64,000 nucleotides of DNA, from NCBI GenBank assembly GCA_963836075.1, contig CAWIIB010000009.1, positions 1 to 64,000 on the forward strand, in the 5' to 3' direction. Of this stretch, positions 20,499 through 30,708 are shown piece after piece (the first letter of the stretch is position 1; every line of letters begins with the position of its first letter). The DNA comes from an uncultured Acidobacteriota bacterium. Lineage in GTDB: Bacteria > Acidobacteriota > JAQAZP01. Below the pieces are notes generated by a model. The model had not been told where the DNA came from. It did no database searches and saw only the letters and a list, made by a program, of their open reading frames with translations. Made by a program: the position numbers and the translations under genes.

Positions 20499-21656
20499 AT
20501 GGACGGAGCACAATATCCGGAATCGAGACCCCTGGACGGGGAGATGGAAGCGGGTTTTCAGCGCTACTGCGAAAGCCTGGACCTGGTTCTCCCCCCGGGG
20601 ATGGCCCTGACCCCCACGGTCTGGCCCGCGGACGGGGCGCTGATGATCCTCGACCAGCGGCGGCTGCCGGAACGGATGACGGTGCTGGCCTGCCGCACGG
20701 CGGAGGAGGCCGCCTGGGCCATCCGCCGGCTGGCGGTGCGCGGAGCCCCGGCCATCGGGTTGGCCGCGGCCCAGGCCATGGCCCTGGGCGCCGGGGAGAT
20801 CTCCCGGACCGCGGCCAGCGGCACCGAGCAGAAGGTCCGGCTGGGGCAGCTGCGCCGGCTGATCCTGTCCACCCGGCCAACGGCGGTGAACCTGCGCCAC
20901 GCGGTGGACCGGCTCTGGGCCCTGCTGCCCGGCGCCGGCGGGAGTGCGGCGTTTGCCGAGCTGCCGGCGGCCCTGCGGGCCGAAGCCGCCCGGCTCCACG
21001 TGGAAACGGTGCGGCAGGACCTGGCCATGACCCGGCACGGCCTGAAGCTGATCGGCCAGGGCGAGCGGATCATGACCCACTGCCACACCGGCGGTGTGGC
21101 CACCGGCGGGCTGGGTACGGCCCTGGGGGTGATCAAGGCCGCCCACGCCGCCGGCCGCCGGATCAGGGTGCTCTGCTGCGAGACCCGGCCGCTGCTCCAG
21201 GGCGCGCGGCTCACCGCCTGGGAACTGGCCAGGGAACAGGTGCCCTTCACCCTGATCACCGACAGCATGGCGGCGCACTTTATCGGCCGGGGCGAGGTGG
21301 ACCGCGTGCTGGTGGGCGCCGACCGGATCGCGATGAACGGGGATACGGCGAACAAGATCGGCACCCGCGGGCTGGTGCTGCTGGCCCGGCAGGCCGGCAT
21401 CCCGGCCCACGTGGTGGCGCCCACATCCACCCTCGATCCCGGCCTGGCCACCGGCAGCGGCATGGTGATCGAGGAGCGGGATGGCGACGAGGTGCGCCGG
21501 GTGGGCGGGTGGCAGAGCTGTCCCCCGGGCACGGCCGTCCGGAATCCCGCATTCGACATCACCCCGGGGCGCTCCATCACCTCGTTCATTACCGAGCGGG
21601 GCGCGGCCGTACCGCCGCTGAACAGCCTCTTCACCACCACAGGTAGCAACAGATGA
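20499..21656 (+). CDS. mtnA: S-methyl-5-thioribose-1-phosphate isomerase
   Basis: ILDQRRLP, VRGAPAIG, RPTAVNL, ETRPLLQGARLTAWEL, GADRIA.NGDTANKIGT, NPAFDITP; RBS GGAGGAGG. Confidence 0.93.
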   Translation: MDGAQYPESRPLDGEMEAGFQRYCESLDLVLPPGMALTPTVWPADGALMILDQRRLPERMTVLACRTAEEAAWAIRRLAVRGAPAIGLAAAQAMALGAGEISRTAASGTEQKVRLGQLRRLILSTRPTAVNLRHAVDRLWALLPGAGGSAAFAELPAALRAEAARLHVETVRQDLAMTRHGLKLIGQGERIMTHCHTGGVATGGLGTALGVIKAAHAAGRRIRVLCCETRPLLQGARLTAWELAREQVPFTLITDSMAAHFIGRGEVDRVLVGADRIAMNGDTANKIGTRGLVLLARQAGIPAHVVAPTSTLDPGLATGSGMVIEERDGDEVRRVGGWQSCPPGTAVRNPAFDITPGRSITSFITERGAAVPPLNSLFTTTGSNR

Positions 21657-22690
21657 TCACCCTCGGAATCGACACCTCCTGCGACGACACCTCGGCCGCC
21701 GTGCTGCACGGCGAGCGTGAACTACTCTCCAACATCGTTTCCTCCCAGGAGGATATCCATCGCCGCTATGGCGGGGTGGTTCCCGAGCTGGCCTCCCGCA
21801 GCCACCTGGAGCAGATCATCCCGGTGATCCGCCGGGCCCTGGAGCAGGCGTATATCAAGCTCTCCGACGTCGACCTGGTGGCGGTGACCTGCGGTCCGGG
21901 CCTGGTGGGCAGCCTGCTGGTGGGCCTGTCGGTGGCCAAGGGGATCTGTTTCACCACCGGCAAACCGCTGGCCGGGGTGAACCACCTGCGCGGCCACATG
22001 GAGTCGATCTTTCTCTCACACCCCAAGCCGAAACTGCCCGCCATTTCGCTGGTGGTGTCCGGCGGCCACACCGAGATCCACCTGGTGCGCGCGGGCCAGA
22101 CCATGCACACCCTGGGCCGGGCCCGGGACGACGCGGCCGGCGAGGCCTTCGACAAGGTGGCCAAACGGCTCGGACTGGGCTACCCCGGTGGTCCGGTGGT
22201 GGAGCAGGCGGCCCGGGGCGGCCGCGAAGACGCCTGGCCCTTCCGGCCGGCCTCGATGAGTGACGGCAGCCTCGACTTCAGCTTCAGCGGGCTCAAGTCG
22301 GCGGTGGTTCGCGCGGTGGCCGATGATCCCAACCTGCTCGATCCGGCCGCTGAAGAGGCCCGCCGCGACCTGATGGCCAGTTTCCAGTGGGCCGCCATCC
22401 GCTCCCTGCTCCACACCACGCTCAGGGCCGCCCTGGAACACAAGACCCGCTCGGTGTTCGTCTCCGGTGGGGTCTCGTCCAACACCCTGCTCCGGGAGCG
22501 CTTCACCCAGGCCTGCTCCGAACGCGGAGTGGAGGTCTACTTCCCCAACCGCGGCCTGACCACCGACAACGGGGCGATGATCGCCGCCGCCGGGGTCAAG
22601 CAGTTCACCCGCTACGGGCCCCACGACCTGACGCTGGACGCGGTAAGCAAGCTCAAACTGACAGGGGATGGTTGGGAAAATCCCTCCTGA
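21653..22690 (+). CDS. tsaD: tRNA N6-threonylcarbamoyltransferase
   Basis: LGIDTSCDDT, GGVVPELASRSH, NHLRGH, VSGGHT, DDAAGEAFDKVAK, FSFSGLKS, TDNGAMIA. Confidence 0.96.
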   Translation: MITLGIDTSCDDTSAAVLHGERELLSNIVSSQEDIHRRYGGVVPELASRSHLEQIIPVIRRALEQAYIKLSDVDLVAVTCGPGLVGSLLVGLSVAKGICFTTGKPLAGVNHLRGHMESIFLSHPKPKLPAISLVVSGGHTEIHLVRAGQTMHTLGRARDDAAGEAFDKVAKRLGLGYPGGPVVEQAARGGREDAWPFRPASMSDGSLDFSFSGLKSAVVRAVADDPNLLDPAAEEARRDLMASFQWAAIRSLLHTTLRAALEHKTRSVFVSGGVSSNTLLRERFTQACSERGVEVYFPNRGLTTDNGAMIAAAGVKQFTRYGPHDLTLDAVSKLKLTGDGWENPS

Positions 22691-22713
22691 TCCCCTCTCT
22701 CCCCCGAAACATC

Positions 22714-22857
22714 GAAGTGGCTCCATCCCCTCGAATGTGGTTCGAGAGCAAGGCGCCGGCTGACGAGAAAGCGGAGCATACTTTTGTGCGATGTGAGCAT
22801 TTTGAGGAGGGCGGCAACGCAGCTATCGGGCCTCAGGCGAGGGTAGGGAGCCGCTTC
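22714..22857. mobile_element. MITE-like element with 20-bp imperfect terminal inverted repeats
   Basis: GAAGTGGCTCCATCCCCTCG (22714-33) versus CGAGGGTAGGGAGCCGCTTC (22838-57); no ORF inside; lies between convergent genes. Confidence 0.6.
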
Positions 22858-24035
22858 TACCGCTTTCCAGCGGCAAGTTCCTCGACCGCGGGGATGGCTG
22901 CAGCGACATCCCCCTCGGTACTCATCGGTCCCAGGCTGAGCCGGACCGTGCCGTCGGGGGAGGTGCCGATGGTTTCGTGGACCAGCGGGGCGCACTGCAG
23001 GCCGGTGCGGCAGGCCACGTCGTAGTCGACGTCGAGGAACATTCCGATCTCTGCCGGGTCTTTGAAGCCGGCGATATTGAAGGAGAAGACCGGCGTGCGG
23101 TTTTCCAGGGAATTGCAGCAGTAGAGCGTGATCCCCTCGGTGTCCCGCAGGCACTCCCAGAGGGGACGGGCCAGTTCCATCTCGTGCCGGTGGATCTTTT
23201 CCACCCCGCCTGCGCGCTCGATGTATTTCACCCCTTCCAGCAGTCCGGCCACACCCACCATGTTCGGTGTGCCGTATTCCATACGGAAGGGATAGACGTC
23301 GAGATGGCGGCGCACGGCGGAAGCCACCCCGGTGCCGCCGGCGCGGGAGTGCGGAATCTCCACATCCTTGCCCACGCAGAGCCCGCCGATGCCGGTGGGC
23401 CCGAGCAGCGATTTGTGCCCGGTAAAGGCGACGATGTCGATGTTCATCGCTTTCATGTCGATGGGGAACATCCCGGCGGTCTGGGCGGCGTCGACACAGA
23501 AGGGGATGCCGGCCTCGCGGCAGATGGCGCCCACTTCGGCCACCGGCTGCACCGTGCCGATGACGTTTGATCCGTGATTGACCACCACCAGTTTGGTGTC
23601 CGGCCGGATGGCCTTCCGGATGTCCTGGGGATCGATGTATCCGTTGCCGTCAAAGGAGATCAGGGTCGACTCGGCGCCGAATTCGTCTTCGCAGTGGGCG
23701 ATGGGCCGCAGCACCGAGTTGTGCTCCAGGCGGGTGGAGACCACGTGGCCGCCCTGACGCATCATGCCGAAAATGACCAGGTTCAGCGCATCGGTGGCGT
23801 TGTAGCCAAAGACCAGGCGGTTCGGGTCGTCGCCGTTGAACAGCGCGGTGAGCTTCTGGCGGGCGGTGTGCAGGACCGTCTCCGCCTCCAGGGCCAGGTC
23901 GAAAGTGGACCGGCCCGGGTTGACGCAGGCCCGCGCACAGAAGTCCATCATGAAGTTGAGGACTTCCGTGGGTTTCGGAAACGTCGTGGCTGCATTGTCG
24001 AGATAATGCAGGTTTTTTCCAGCGTCGATATCCAT
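22857..24035 (-). CDS. cysteine desulfurase-family PLP enzyme (aminotransferase class V)
   Basis: YLDNAATTFPKP, EHNSVLRP, HGSNVIG, DAAQTAG, FTGHKSLLGP, RTGLQCAP. Confidence 0.9.
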   Translation of the reverse strand: MDIDAGKNLHYLDNAATTFPKPTEVLNFMMDFCARACVNPGRSTFDLALEAETVLHTARQKLTALFNGDDPNRLVFGYNATDALNLVIFGMMRQGGHVVSTRLEHNSVLRPIAHCEDEFGAESTLISFDGNGYIDPQDIRKAIRPDTKLVVVNHGSNVIGTVQPVAEVGAICREAGIPFCVDAAQTAGMFPIDMKAMNIDIVAFTGHKSLLGPTGIGGLCVGKDVEIPHSRAGGTGVASAVRRHLDVYPFRMEYGTPNMVGVAGLLEGVKYIERAGGVEKIHRHEMELARPLWECLRDTEGITLYCCNSLENRTPVFSFNIAGFKDPAEIGMFLDVDYDVACRTGLQCAPLVHETIGTSPDGTVRLSLGPMSTEGDVAAAIPAVEELAAGKR

Positions 24036-24199
24036 GGCGGGTAAAAATACTGTACCCGGCCGGCGGTGTCAACGGATGGAAACTATTTTACCCGCTTCAG
24101 AAAGCGGGCCGAATGGCCGAAGAGACCGGATATACGATACTTCTGCGTGCCGGCGCCCCCGGATCCGGCGGAGCCGCCGCGAAGCGAGGAGGACTATCG

Positions 24200-24562
24200 A
24201 TGAAAGCCTATACCGGCGAGGAAGGCAAAGGCAGCCTGGGGAACATAGTGTTCATCCTGTTTGTGCTGGCGCTTGTCTATTTTGGCATGATGTTCATCCC
24301 GGTGCGGATCAAAACCTTCTCCTTCAAGGATGCGATGCACGAAGAGGCCAGTTTTGCCGCTCACCGCTCCGACAAGGTTATCAGGGACAACCTGCTCCGG
24401 TTCGCCCGGGAAAACCGCCTGCCCATCACCAAAGAGGACCTGACGTTGAAGCGGGAACCGGGCCAGATAACCGTGGAAGCTGACTACACCGTGGTGGTGG
24501 ACACGATCTTCTTCACCTACGACTGGCGGTTCGAGGAGAAGGCGGTCCGCGATATCTACTAG
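24200..24562 (+). CDS. small single-TM protein (DUF4845-like)
   Basis: RBS GAGGAGG; G-x-G followed by a hydrophobic helix, pilin-like N-terminus. Confidence 0.7.
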   Translation: MKAYTGEEGKGSLGNIVFILFVLALVYFGMMFIPVRIKTFSFKDAMHEEASFAAHRSDKVIRDNLLRFARENRLPITKEDLTLKREPGQITVEADYTVVVDTIFFTYDWRFEEKAVRDIY

Positions 24563-24625
24563 CTGAAATCGCAGCCCCCTTGCCCCGGTGACCATTTCGC
24601 CCGTTCAACCGGTTCCTGTCTCTTT

Positions 24626-26695
24626 TCACCTGTTCAGAACACGGTAGACCTTCACTTCGGGGAGGTCGAGGCAGGGCTCCAGATAGTGGGGGTAGCCGGT
24701 GAAGATTCTGGTGAGGGGCAGGAAGCGTCGCCGCAGCGACTGGCGGGAAACAACGATGTAGGTCGTCTCGGGGAGCGTGGAAAGCTGCCGCAGCACCGCC
24801 TCCTTGTCCGTTTGCGCGGGATCGAAGAGCGTCTCGGCCACGGCCAGGGCCGCTGACATGCGCGGGTCGTCGGGAGGGGGCGTGTGCACGCTGGCCCGGC
24901 CCACATAGACCCGCCGCCCGGTGAGCGCCGCCAGTTCCTCCCGGCTGTGCTCCCGGGGCCACTCCACCAGCAGGTCCCCGGGGCCGGTGTTCTCCCTGAT
25001 CCACTGATAGGCACGGGCCAGTTCGCCCTCCCCGTTGCGCAGCCTGACCATCGGCCCGCCCAGAACCCGGTAGCGGTTCTCAAAATCCAGACGCACCAGG
25101 GACGTGTAGTGCAGCCGCAGCAGCGGGCCGGAAAAAGCCAGCAGGATGAGCAGCGTCAGTGCCGCCAGCCGCACCCACGGCCTCGACACCCGCTCATACC
25201 AGCGACCCGCCGCGTCGCCGGCCAGCAACCCCAGGGGCACCGCGGTGAGATAGAGCATGTACCACTCGCACTTCAGCTGCTGCACGGTGATGAAGACGGC
25301 GTTGAGGACGGCCAGCAGGAGCAGCAGCAGCTCGGACAGCGACAGCGGCGACGCTCCGCGGACCCGCATGCCGGCCAGCAGCCCCAGCGGCGCGTATACC
25401 CAGAGCAGGGCCAGGAGGATGCCGAAGGAGAAGCCGGTGCTGATGCCCGTATCGCCGCTGGTCCGCATCTCGGGGACCAGGTAGGGCAGGGCGGCCAGGC
25501 CGGCAACCGCCAGGACGCCGAGCAGGCCGAGGACCCGCCCCCGGGTGAGCGGCGGCTGGCCGTGGCGCCGGAGCAGCAGCAGGAGCAGGGCCAGCGGCAG
25601 GGGGATGGCCAGCACCGCGGCCAGCAACGGGTGGATCAGCAGCGCCCCCAGGGTGCCGAGGAACGCCAGCGGATACCCCTTGCGTCCCCGGCCCTGCAGC
25701 ACCAGCAGGACACCGAAGAGGGCGACCATCACCGCCACATAGCCGGGGAGGATGAAGCTGAAGTTCACCAGCTTCAGGGTCAGGGTCGAGGTGCGCACCT
25801 GCAGATACTCGGGGATCACACCCGGGGAGAAGAGGGAGAGCTGGCGGACGTGGTACCGCCCATGGAGCAGGGCGTAGCGCAGTTCCGGCGAGGCCAGGGA
25901 CATGGCCAGGTAGTGCACACCGGCGAGGAGGTTCATTCCCAGCGCGGCAAAGAGCCCGGACAGGGCGCGGCCGGCCCTTCCCTGACCCAGCTGCCGCGCC
26001 AGCAGGTATCCCATGCCGAAAATCGAGAGAAAGGTCGACAGCCGCAGCAGGGCCGCGGTGACCGGCGGGCTGGCCCCGGTGACCAGCGAGGCGGCGGCCG
26101 GCAGGAGATAGCAGGGCCACTGGTAGGCGGTGGGCGCCCCGTAGAGATGGATGTTGTGCGGGGGAATGATGCCGTTCATCACCTGGTGGATGATGGCGGT
26201 GTGGAACAGGCCGTGAGGATCCACCAGCGAGACGGGCCGGCCGGCAAAATAGGCGGCCACCAGACAGGCAAAGAGGAGCGCCGCCACGAAGACCAGCGTC
26301 CCGGGCAGGTTCATCCGGGGAACGGCAACGGAACCGCGGCGCAGGCAGGTGAAGAGCAGCAGGCCGGCAAAGACCAGCCCGGTGATCAACAGCGAGAGGG
26401 TGAACGGCAGGCGCAGCAGCCCGGCCAGCAGGTAGAGGGCCACGGTCACCACCGCCGGGGAGAGCGCTGCCCCCAGGGCCACCTGCTGGAAGAGACCGGC
26501 CCGCCGGTCCAGCAGGAGGCAGGTGGCCACCCCGGGCAGCAGGTAGAGCAGCAGCCAGCCCGCGGCCAGCCCCGGCAACCCTCCACCGGGGGTGAAGCAG
26601 AGGAGCGCCGCGGCCAGCAGTGCGGCCACGACCCAGGAAAAGAGGGGGAGGCCTCCCCGGCTCGGCTGCGCATCCTGGTCGGTATTGGAGTTCAT
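24626..26695 (-). CDS. polytopic membrane protein, possibly a GT-C-fold glycosyltransferase
   Basis: Many hydrophobic segments, D..FH motif after the first TM bundle, soluble C-terminal AYQWIRENT...ALTGRR domain. Confidence 0.7.
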   Translation of the reverse strand: MNSNTDQDAQPSRGGLPLFSWVVAALLAAALLCFTPGGGLPGLAAGWLLLYLLPGVATCLLLDRRAGLFQQVALGAALSPAVVTVALYLLAGLLRLPFTLSLLITGLVFAGLLLFTCLRRGSVAVPRMNLPGTLVFVAALLFACLVAAYFAGRPVSLVDPHGLFHTAIIHQVMNGIIPPHNIHLYGAPTAYQWPCYLLPAAASLVTGASPPVTAALLRLSTFLSIFGMGYLLARQLGQGRAGRALSGLFAALGMNLLAGVHYLAMSLASPELRYALLHGRYHVRQLSLFSPGVIPEYLQVRTSTLTLKLVNFSFILPGYVAVMVALFGVLLVLQGRGRKGYPLAFLGTLGALLIHPLLAAVLAIPLPLALLLLLLRRHGQPPLTRGRVLGLLGVLAVAGLAALPYLVPEMRTSGDTGISTGFSFGILLALLWVYAPLGLLAGMRVRGASPLSLSELLLLLLAVLNAVFITVQQLKCEWYMLYLTAVPLGLLAGDAAGRWYERVSRPWVRLAALTLLILLAFSGPLLRLHYTSLVRLDFENRYRVLGGPMVRLRNGEGELARAYQWIRENTGPGDLLVEWPREHSREELAALTGRRVYVGRASVHTPPPDDPRMSAALAVAETLFDPAQTDKEAVLRQLSTLPETTYIVVSRQSLRRRFLPLTRIFTGYPHYLEPCLDLPEVKVYRVLNR

Positions 26696-27195
26696 GATCG
26701 GCGAAGGAGACCCTCCGGGTTTGCGTGTCCGTTGGCTTCGCGCCTTCCGGCGGCGCCGCCGATTATACCATCCGCCGGAAGAGGCCGGAACGGTGCCGCG
26801 CCGCTTTGACACCCCGGAGCGCCACGGATTAAGGTACGGATTAAGGTAGTGTAGAATGGCGGCGGTGAGATGAACGCCGCACCTTCCTGCTGCCGCCCGG
26901 TCGGACCGGCACGGTCAGGGTGCGGCGGCCCGGAGGCCGGACCGAAACTCTGACCGGAACGTGCCCCCGCCGCCCACCAGATGCTGATGGAAGCGTCGGA
27001 CGAGTGGGAGGTACTCCGGGTGCTCGACGGGCAGGTGGAGTGAAGCGCAATCCCCCTTCCCCTCCGGCGAAATTGCGATAGAATGGACGGGCCGCGGACG
27101 GGCCGGGACGGTGACCGGCAGACCCGGCTGATGGCAAGTCAAACCAGCTGCCGCCCCTCCCCGAGGGCCGGCCGGAAAAAAAAGGAGAGAGTCCC

Positions 27196-28278
27196 GTGTC
27201 GAAGCTCAAGGACCTGGTCGCCCCCGGCGTGGTCACCGGGAAAGGTGTGCAGCAGATCTTCTCCGTGGCCAAGGAAAAGCAGTTCGCGCTTCCGGCGGTC
27301 AACGTGGTGGGCACCAATTCGGTGAACGCCGTCCTGGAAACCGCCACCGCGGTGGACTCGCCGGTGATCATCCAGTTCTCCCACTCCGGAGCGGCCTTCT
27401 TCGCCGGCAAGGGGATGCCCGGTGAAGGGCACACCGCGGCCGTGGCCGGCGCCATCTCCGGTGCGATCCACATCCACCAGGTCTCGGCGGCCTACGGCAT
27501 CCCGGTGATCGTGCACACCGACCACGCGGCGCGAAAACTGCTGCCCTGGATCGATGCCCTGCTGGACGCCGGGGAAGATTTCCACAAGGCCCACGGCCTG
27601 CCCCTGTACAGCTCGCACATGATCGACCTCTCCGCCGAACCCATCGAGGAGAACATCGAGACCTGCAAGCCGTACCTGGAGCGGATGAGCAAACTGGGCA
27701 TGACCCTGGAGATCGAACTGGGCGTCACCGGCGGCGAGGAGGACGGGGTGGACAACACCGACGTGGACAGTTCACGCCTCTACACCCAGCCCGAAGAGGT
27801 GGCCTACGCCTACGAGGAGCTGAGCGCCATCAGCGACAGCTTCACCGTGGCCGCGGCCTTCGGCAACGTCCACGGGGTCTACAAGCCGGGCAACGTCCAG
27901 CTGCGGCCGGTGATCCTCGACAACACCCAGAAGTTCATCCAGCAAAAGTTCGGCACCGGCGAAAAACCGGTGAGCTTTGTCTTCCACGGCGGCTCGGGCT
28001 CGAGCACCGCAGAGATCCGCGAGGCGATCTCCTACGGCGCGGTGAAGATGAACCTCGACACCGACATGCAGTGGGCCTTCTGGGACGGGGTGCACAACTA
28101 CTACCGCGAGAAGAAGGACTACCTCCAGGGCCAGATCGGCAATCCCGAGGGGGACGACAAGCCGAACAAGAAGCAATACGACCCGCGCTCCTGGCTGCGG
28201 CAGGGCGAGCTGTCGTTCGTCAAGCGGCTGACCAGGGCCTTCGAGGACCTGAACTGCATCGGCACCCTGGCCAGCTGA
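27196..28278 (+). CDS. fbaA: class II fructose-bisphosphate aldolase
   Basis: FALPAVNV, HTDH, SSHMIDLS, EIELGVTGGEEDGVDN, FGNVHGVYKPG, VFHGGSGS. Confidence 0.97.
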   Translation: MSKLKDLVAPGVVTGKGVQQIFSVAKEKQFALPAVNVVGTNSVNAVLETATAVDSPVIIQFSHSGAAFFAGKGMPGEGHTAAVAGAISGAIHIHQVSAAYGIPVIVHTDHAARKLLPWIDALLDAGEDFHKAHGLPLYSSHMIDLSAEPIEENIETCKPYLERMSKLGMTLEIELGVTGGEEDGVDNTDVDSSRLYTQPEEVAYAYEELSAISDSFTVAAAFGNVHGVYKPGNVQLRPVILDNTQKFIQQKFGTGEKPVSFVFHGGSGSSTAEIREAISYGAVKMNLDTDMQWAFWDGVHNYYREKKDYLQGQIGNPEGDDKPNKKQYDPRSWLRQGELSFVKRLTRAFEDLNCIGTLAS

Positions 28279-28304
28279 CCCGGGGGCCGGTGTGGCGAGC
28301 ACGG

Positions 28305-28834
28305 ATGCCACAATCGATGATCGACCTGCTGCGCAGCCGAAGGAGCATCCGTCGCTACGCCCCCCGGCCCGTCGAGCCGGACAAACAGGCCCTGCTGGAA
28401 GAGGCCCTGCTCCGCGCCCCCTCCTCACACCACCACCGGCCCTGGGAATTCGTCTTCGTGGAGGACCGGGAGACTCTCGGCCGGCTGGCCCGGGCCAAAC
28501 CCCACGGCTCGAGTTTCCTGGCCGGGGCCCCGTTGGGGATCGTGATCTGCGGCGACAGCAGCCTCTCCGACATCTGGGTCGAGGACTGCTCCATCGCCGC
28601 CATCCTGGTCCAGCTCACCGCCCACTCCCTGGGCCTGGGCAGTTGCTGGGTTCAGATCCGCGCCCGGATGCACGATGACACGACCCCGGCCGGCGACTAC
28701 ATCAGCCGCCTGCTGGACATCCCCCCCGCCTCGAGGTGCTGGCCGTGATCGGCGCCGGATATCCCGCTGAAACCAGGCCGGGCCGCCCGGCCGAAGAGCT
28801 GCTGCGGGAGAAGATCCGGCGGCACCGCCGCTGA
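28305..28834 (+). CDS. nitroreductase family protein (frameshift in the C run near 28725)
   Basis: RRSIRRY, APS, PWEF, EDCSIAA, LGLGSCWVQ; one added C gives LEVLAVIGAGYP. Confidence 0.85.
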
Positions 28835-29047
28835 CCCGGGCGCCGTACCATCTCCTCCCCGCTGAAAAATCGCTTGATATTCCTCCCATTCCTGTTAGGA
28901 TGCTTGGTAATAATAAGATAAACCCTCACATTTCATAGAAAGTATTGCTTTTCCCAAGGCCGCGGACCGGTGCGAATTGCCGGTCCGCTCCATGCCGGCG
29001 GACCCGGTGAACGTCGCCCCGGTCCTCCGGCCAAAAAGGAGGGAGCC

Positions 29048-29242
29048 ATGGCCTACGCGCACACCAATTCCAAGGGTAACACCTACATCCTCCACTCCAA
29101 GGCGGTCCAGCTGAAGGGGGGCAAGGAGCAGACCATCTACTTCTTTGCCAAGGAGGAAAAGGAAGGCGCACTGTCGGCGGTCCCGGCGGGATACATGGTT
29201 TCGGAAACCAAGAACGGGCTGCCGGTGCTCAAGCGGGCCTGA
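29048..29242 (+). CDS. small basic hypothetical protein, 64 aa
   Basis: RBS AGGAGGGAG; MAYAHTNSKGNTYILH...IYFFAK...NGLPVLKRA; strong codon bias. Confidence 0.85.
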   Translation: MAYAHTNSKGNTYILHSKAVQLKGGKEQTIYFFAKEEKEGALSAVPAGYMVSETKNGLPVLKRA

Positions 29243-29516
29243 GGCCGGCTGGTTCGGACGAAGTCCAACGACCAGGACAGAATGGTGCAGTGGGTGAGAG
29301 GGTAACACCAACTGCCGCTCTCCACCTGTTTGCACACCCGACTGCAGATCTGCATCATAGCAAGAGATAAATACTGGTTCCCCTGTGGGTTCATAACCCC
29401 CGTGGACCCGGTTGGCGTCTTTGTGATGGAAGGTGAAACGGCGGTGACCGACTTCGCCCCCGAGGGAGAAACCAGCGTGTTTTCAGCCGGATAATAGGTG
29501 ACTGTCACCTCTTTCC

Positions 29517-30686
29517 TTAGGACAGGTCGGCGAGCAGTTGCTCGTACTGGCCCATCACCCTCTCCCAGGTGTAGTTGGCCAGGTAGTAGGCATTGCCCTG
29601 ACGGCCCAGGGTCCGGCCCAGTTCGGGCCGCTCCAGCAGCAGGTTCAGCGAGAGGGAGAACTCCTCGAAGCCGCGGTAGCTCAGCCCGCCGTCGGCGCGC
29701 CGCACCTGGCCTTCCAGCACCGGGCAGCGGCCGTTGACCAGCACCGGCCGGTTGCGTCCCCAGGCCTCCAGCACCACCATGCAGAGGCTCTCGTAGCGCG
29801 AGGGGACCACCAGCATGGAGCAGGCATCCAGCGCCTGGAATTTCTCCCGGTCGTCCACCCCGCCGAGGTGAATGATGTCCGGGTGCTCGGGGAGCTGGAG
29901 CACGGGCGTGCCCACCAGCACCAGCCGGGTGAAGAGATGGCGGATCCGGCTGTGGCTGATGAAGTGCTCAAAGAGCTGGTCGCAGCCCTTGTTCCAGTCG
30001 ATGCGGCCGATGTAGAGCAGAAACGGCCCGTCCAGCCCGTGGCGCTGCCGGAAATCGTCGGTGGACCCCACGTCCTCGGGGATCTCCACCCCCACACCCA
30101 CCACTTCGCCGGGGGCGGCCCGGCCGCCGGTGACCCGGCGCACCAGGTCCTGCTCCTCCACCGAATTGTGCACGATCGCCCGGGGGAGGCCGAACATTTG
30201 GGCAAAGACTCCCAGAAAGACCGCTTCGTCCTCTTCCGCGGTGGGGACCAGGATCGCCTTGCGGCCCAGCGCCCGCACCCCGTGAAAGCTGGTGTAGTAG
30301 CGGTAGCAGAAGAAAAAGACGAAGTCGAAGCGGTCCTCCTGGCTGCGGATGGCCTCCACCAGGCCGGGTGAGAACGGTCCGTTCTCCTCGACCCAGCGCA
30401 GTTCGTCCTCCTCGCTGTGCGGCTGGTGAAAGACTCGCCGGGATATTTCAGAAAAGCGGTCCAGGTCCCGCTGGCGCTCCACCGGGAAGCGGTGGACCGG
30501 GATCCCGTTCACCTCCTCTGTCCCCTCGGGATAGTGGTTCTTCCAGAGCAGGTATTCGTAGGCACAGGTGGTGAAAACCTCCACCTGGTGATTGGCGGAG
30601 AGACGCTCGGCAATCCAGCGGCAGTGCAGCTCGGCGCCGCCGTTGATCTCCTGCCCATATCGCTGAACCACGAATGCCAGTCGCAT
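29517..30686 (-). CDS. glycosyltransferase family 4
   Basis: FVVQRYG..INGGAELHCR, LLYIGRID..KG, PSRYESLCMVVLEAW. Confidence 0.9.
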   Translation of the reverse strand: MRLAFVVQRYGQEINGGAELHCRWIAERLSANHQVEVFTTCAYEYLLWKNHYPEGTEEVNGIPVHRFPVERQRDLDRFSEISRRVFHQPHSEEDELRWVEENGPFSPGLVEAIRSQEDRFDFVFFFCYRYYTSFHGVRALGRKAILVPTAEEDEAVFLGVFAQMFGLPRAIVHNSVEEQDLVRRVTGGRAAPGEVVGVGVEIPEDVGSTDDFRQRHGLDGPFLLYIGRIDWNKGCDQLFEHFISHSRIRHLFTRLVLVGTPVLQLPEHPDIIHLGGVDDREKFQALDACSMLVVPSRYESLCMVVLEAWGRNRPVLVNGRCPVLEGQVRRADGGLSYRGFEEFSLSLNLLLERPELGRTLGRQGNAYYLANYTWERVMGQYEQLLADLS

Positions 30687-30708
30687 CTCAACCCCCGCAG
30701 GCCGCCGG

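Noticed and set aside
29137-29508. 123-aa minus-strand ORF
   Set aside because: Overlaps the well-supported 64-aa gene, starts inside a palindrome and has antisense-like composition; the interval is more likely a gene remnant
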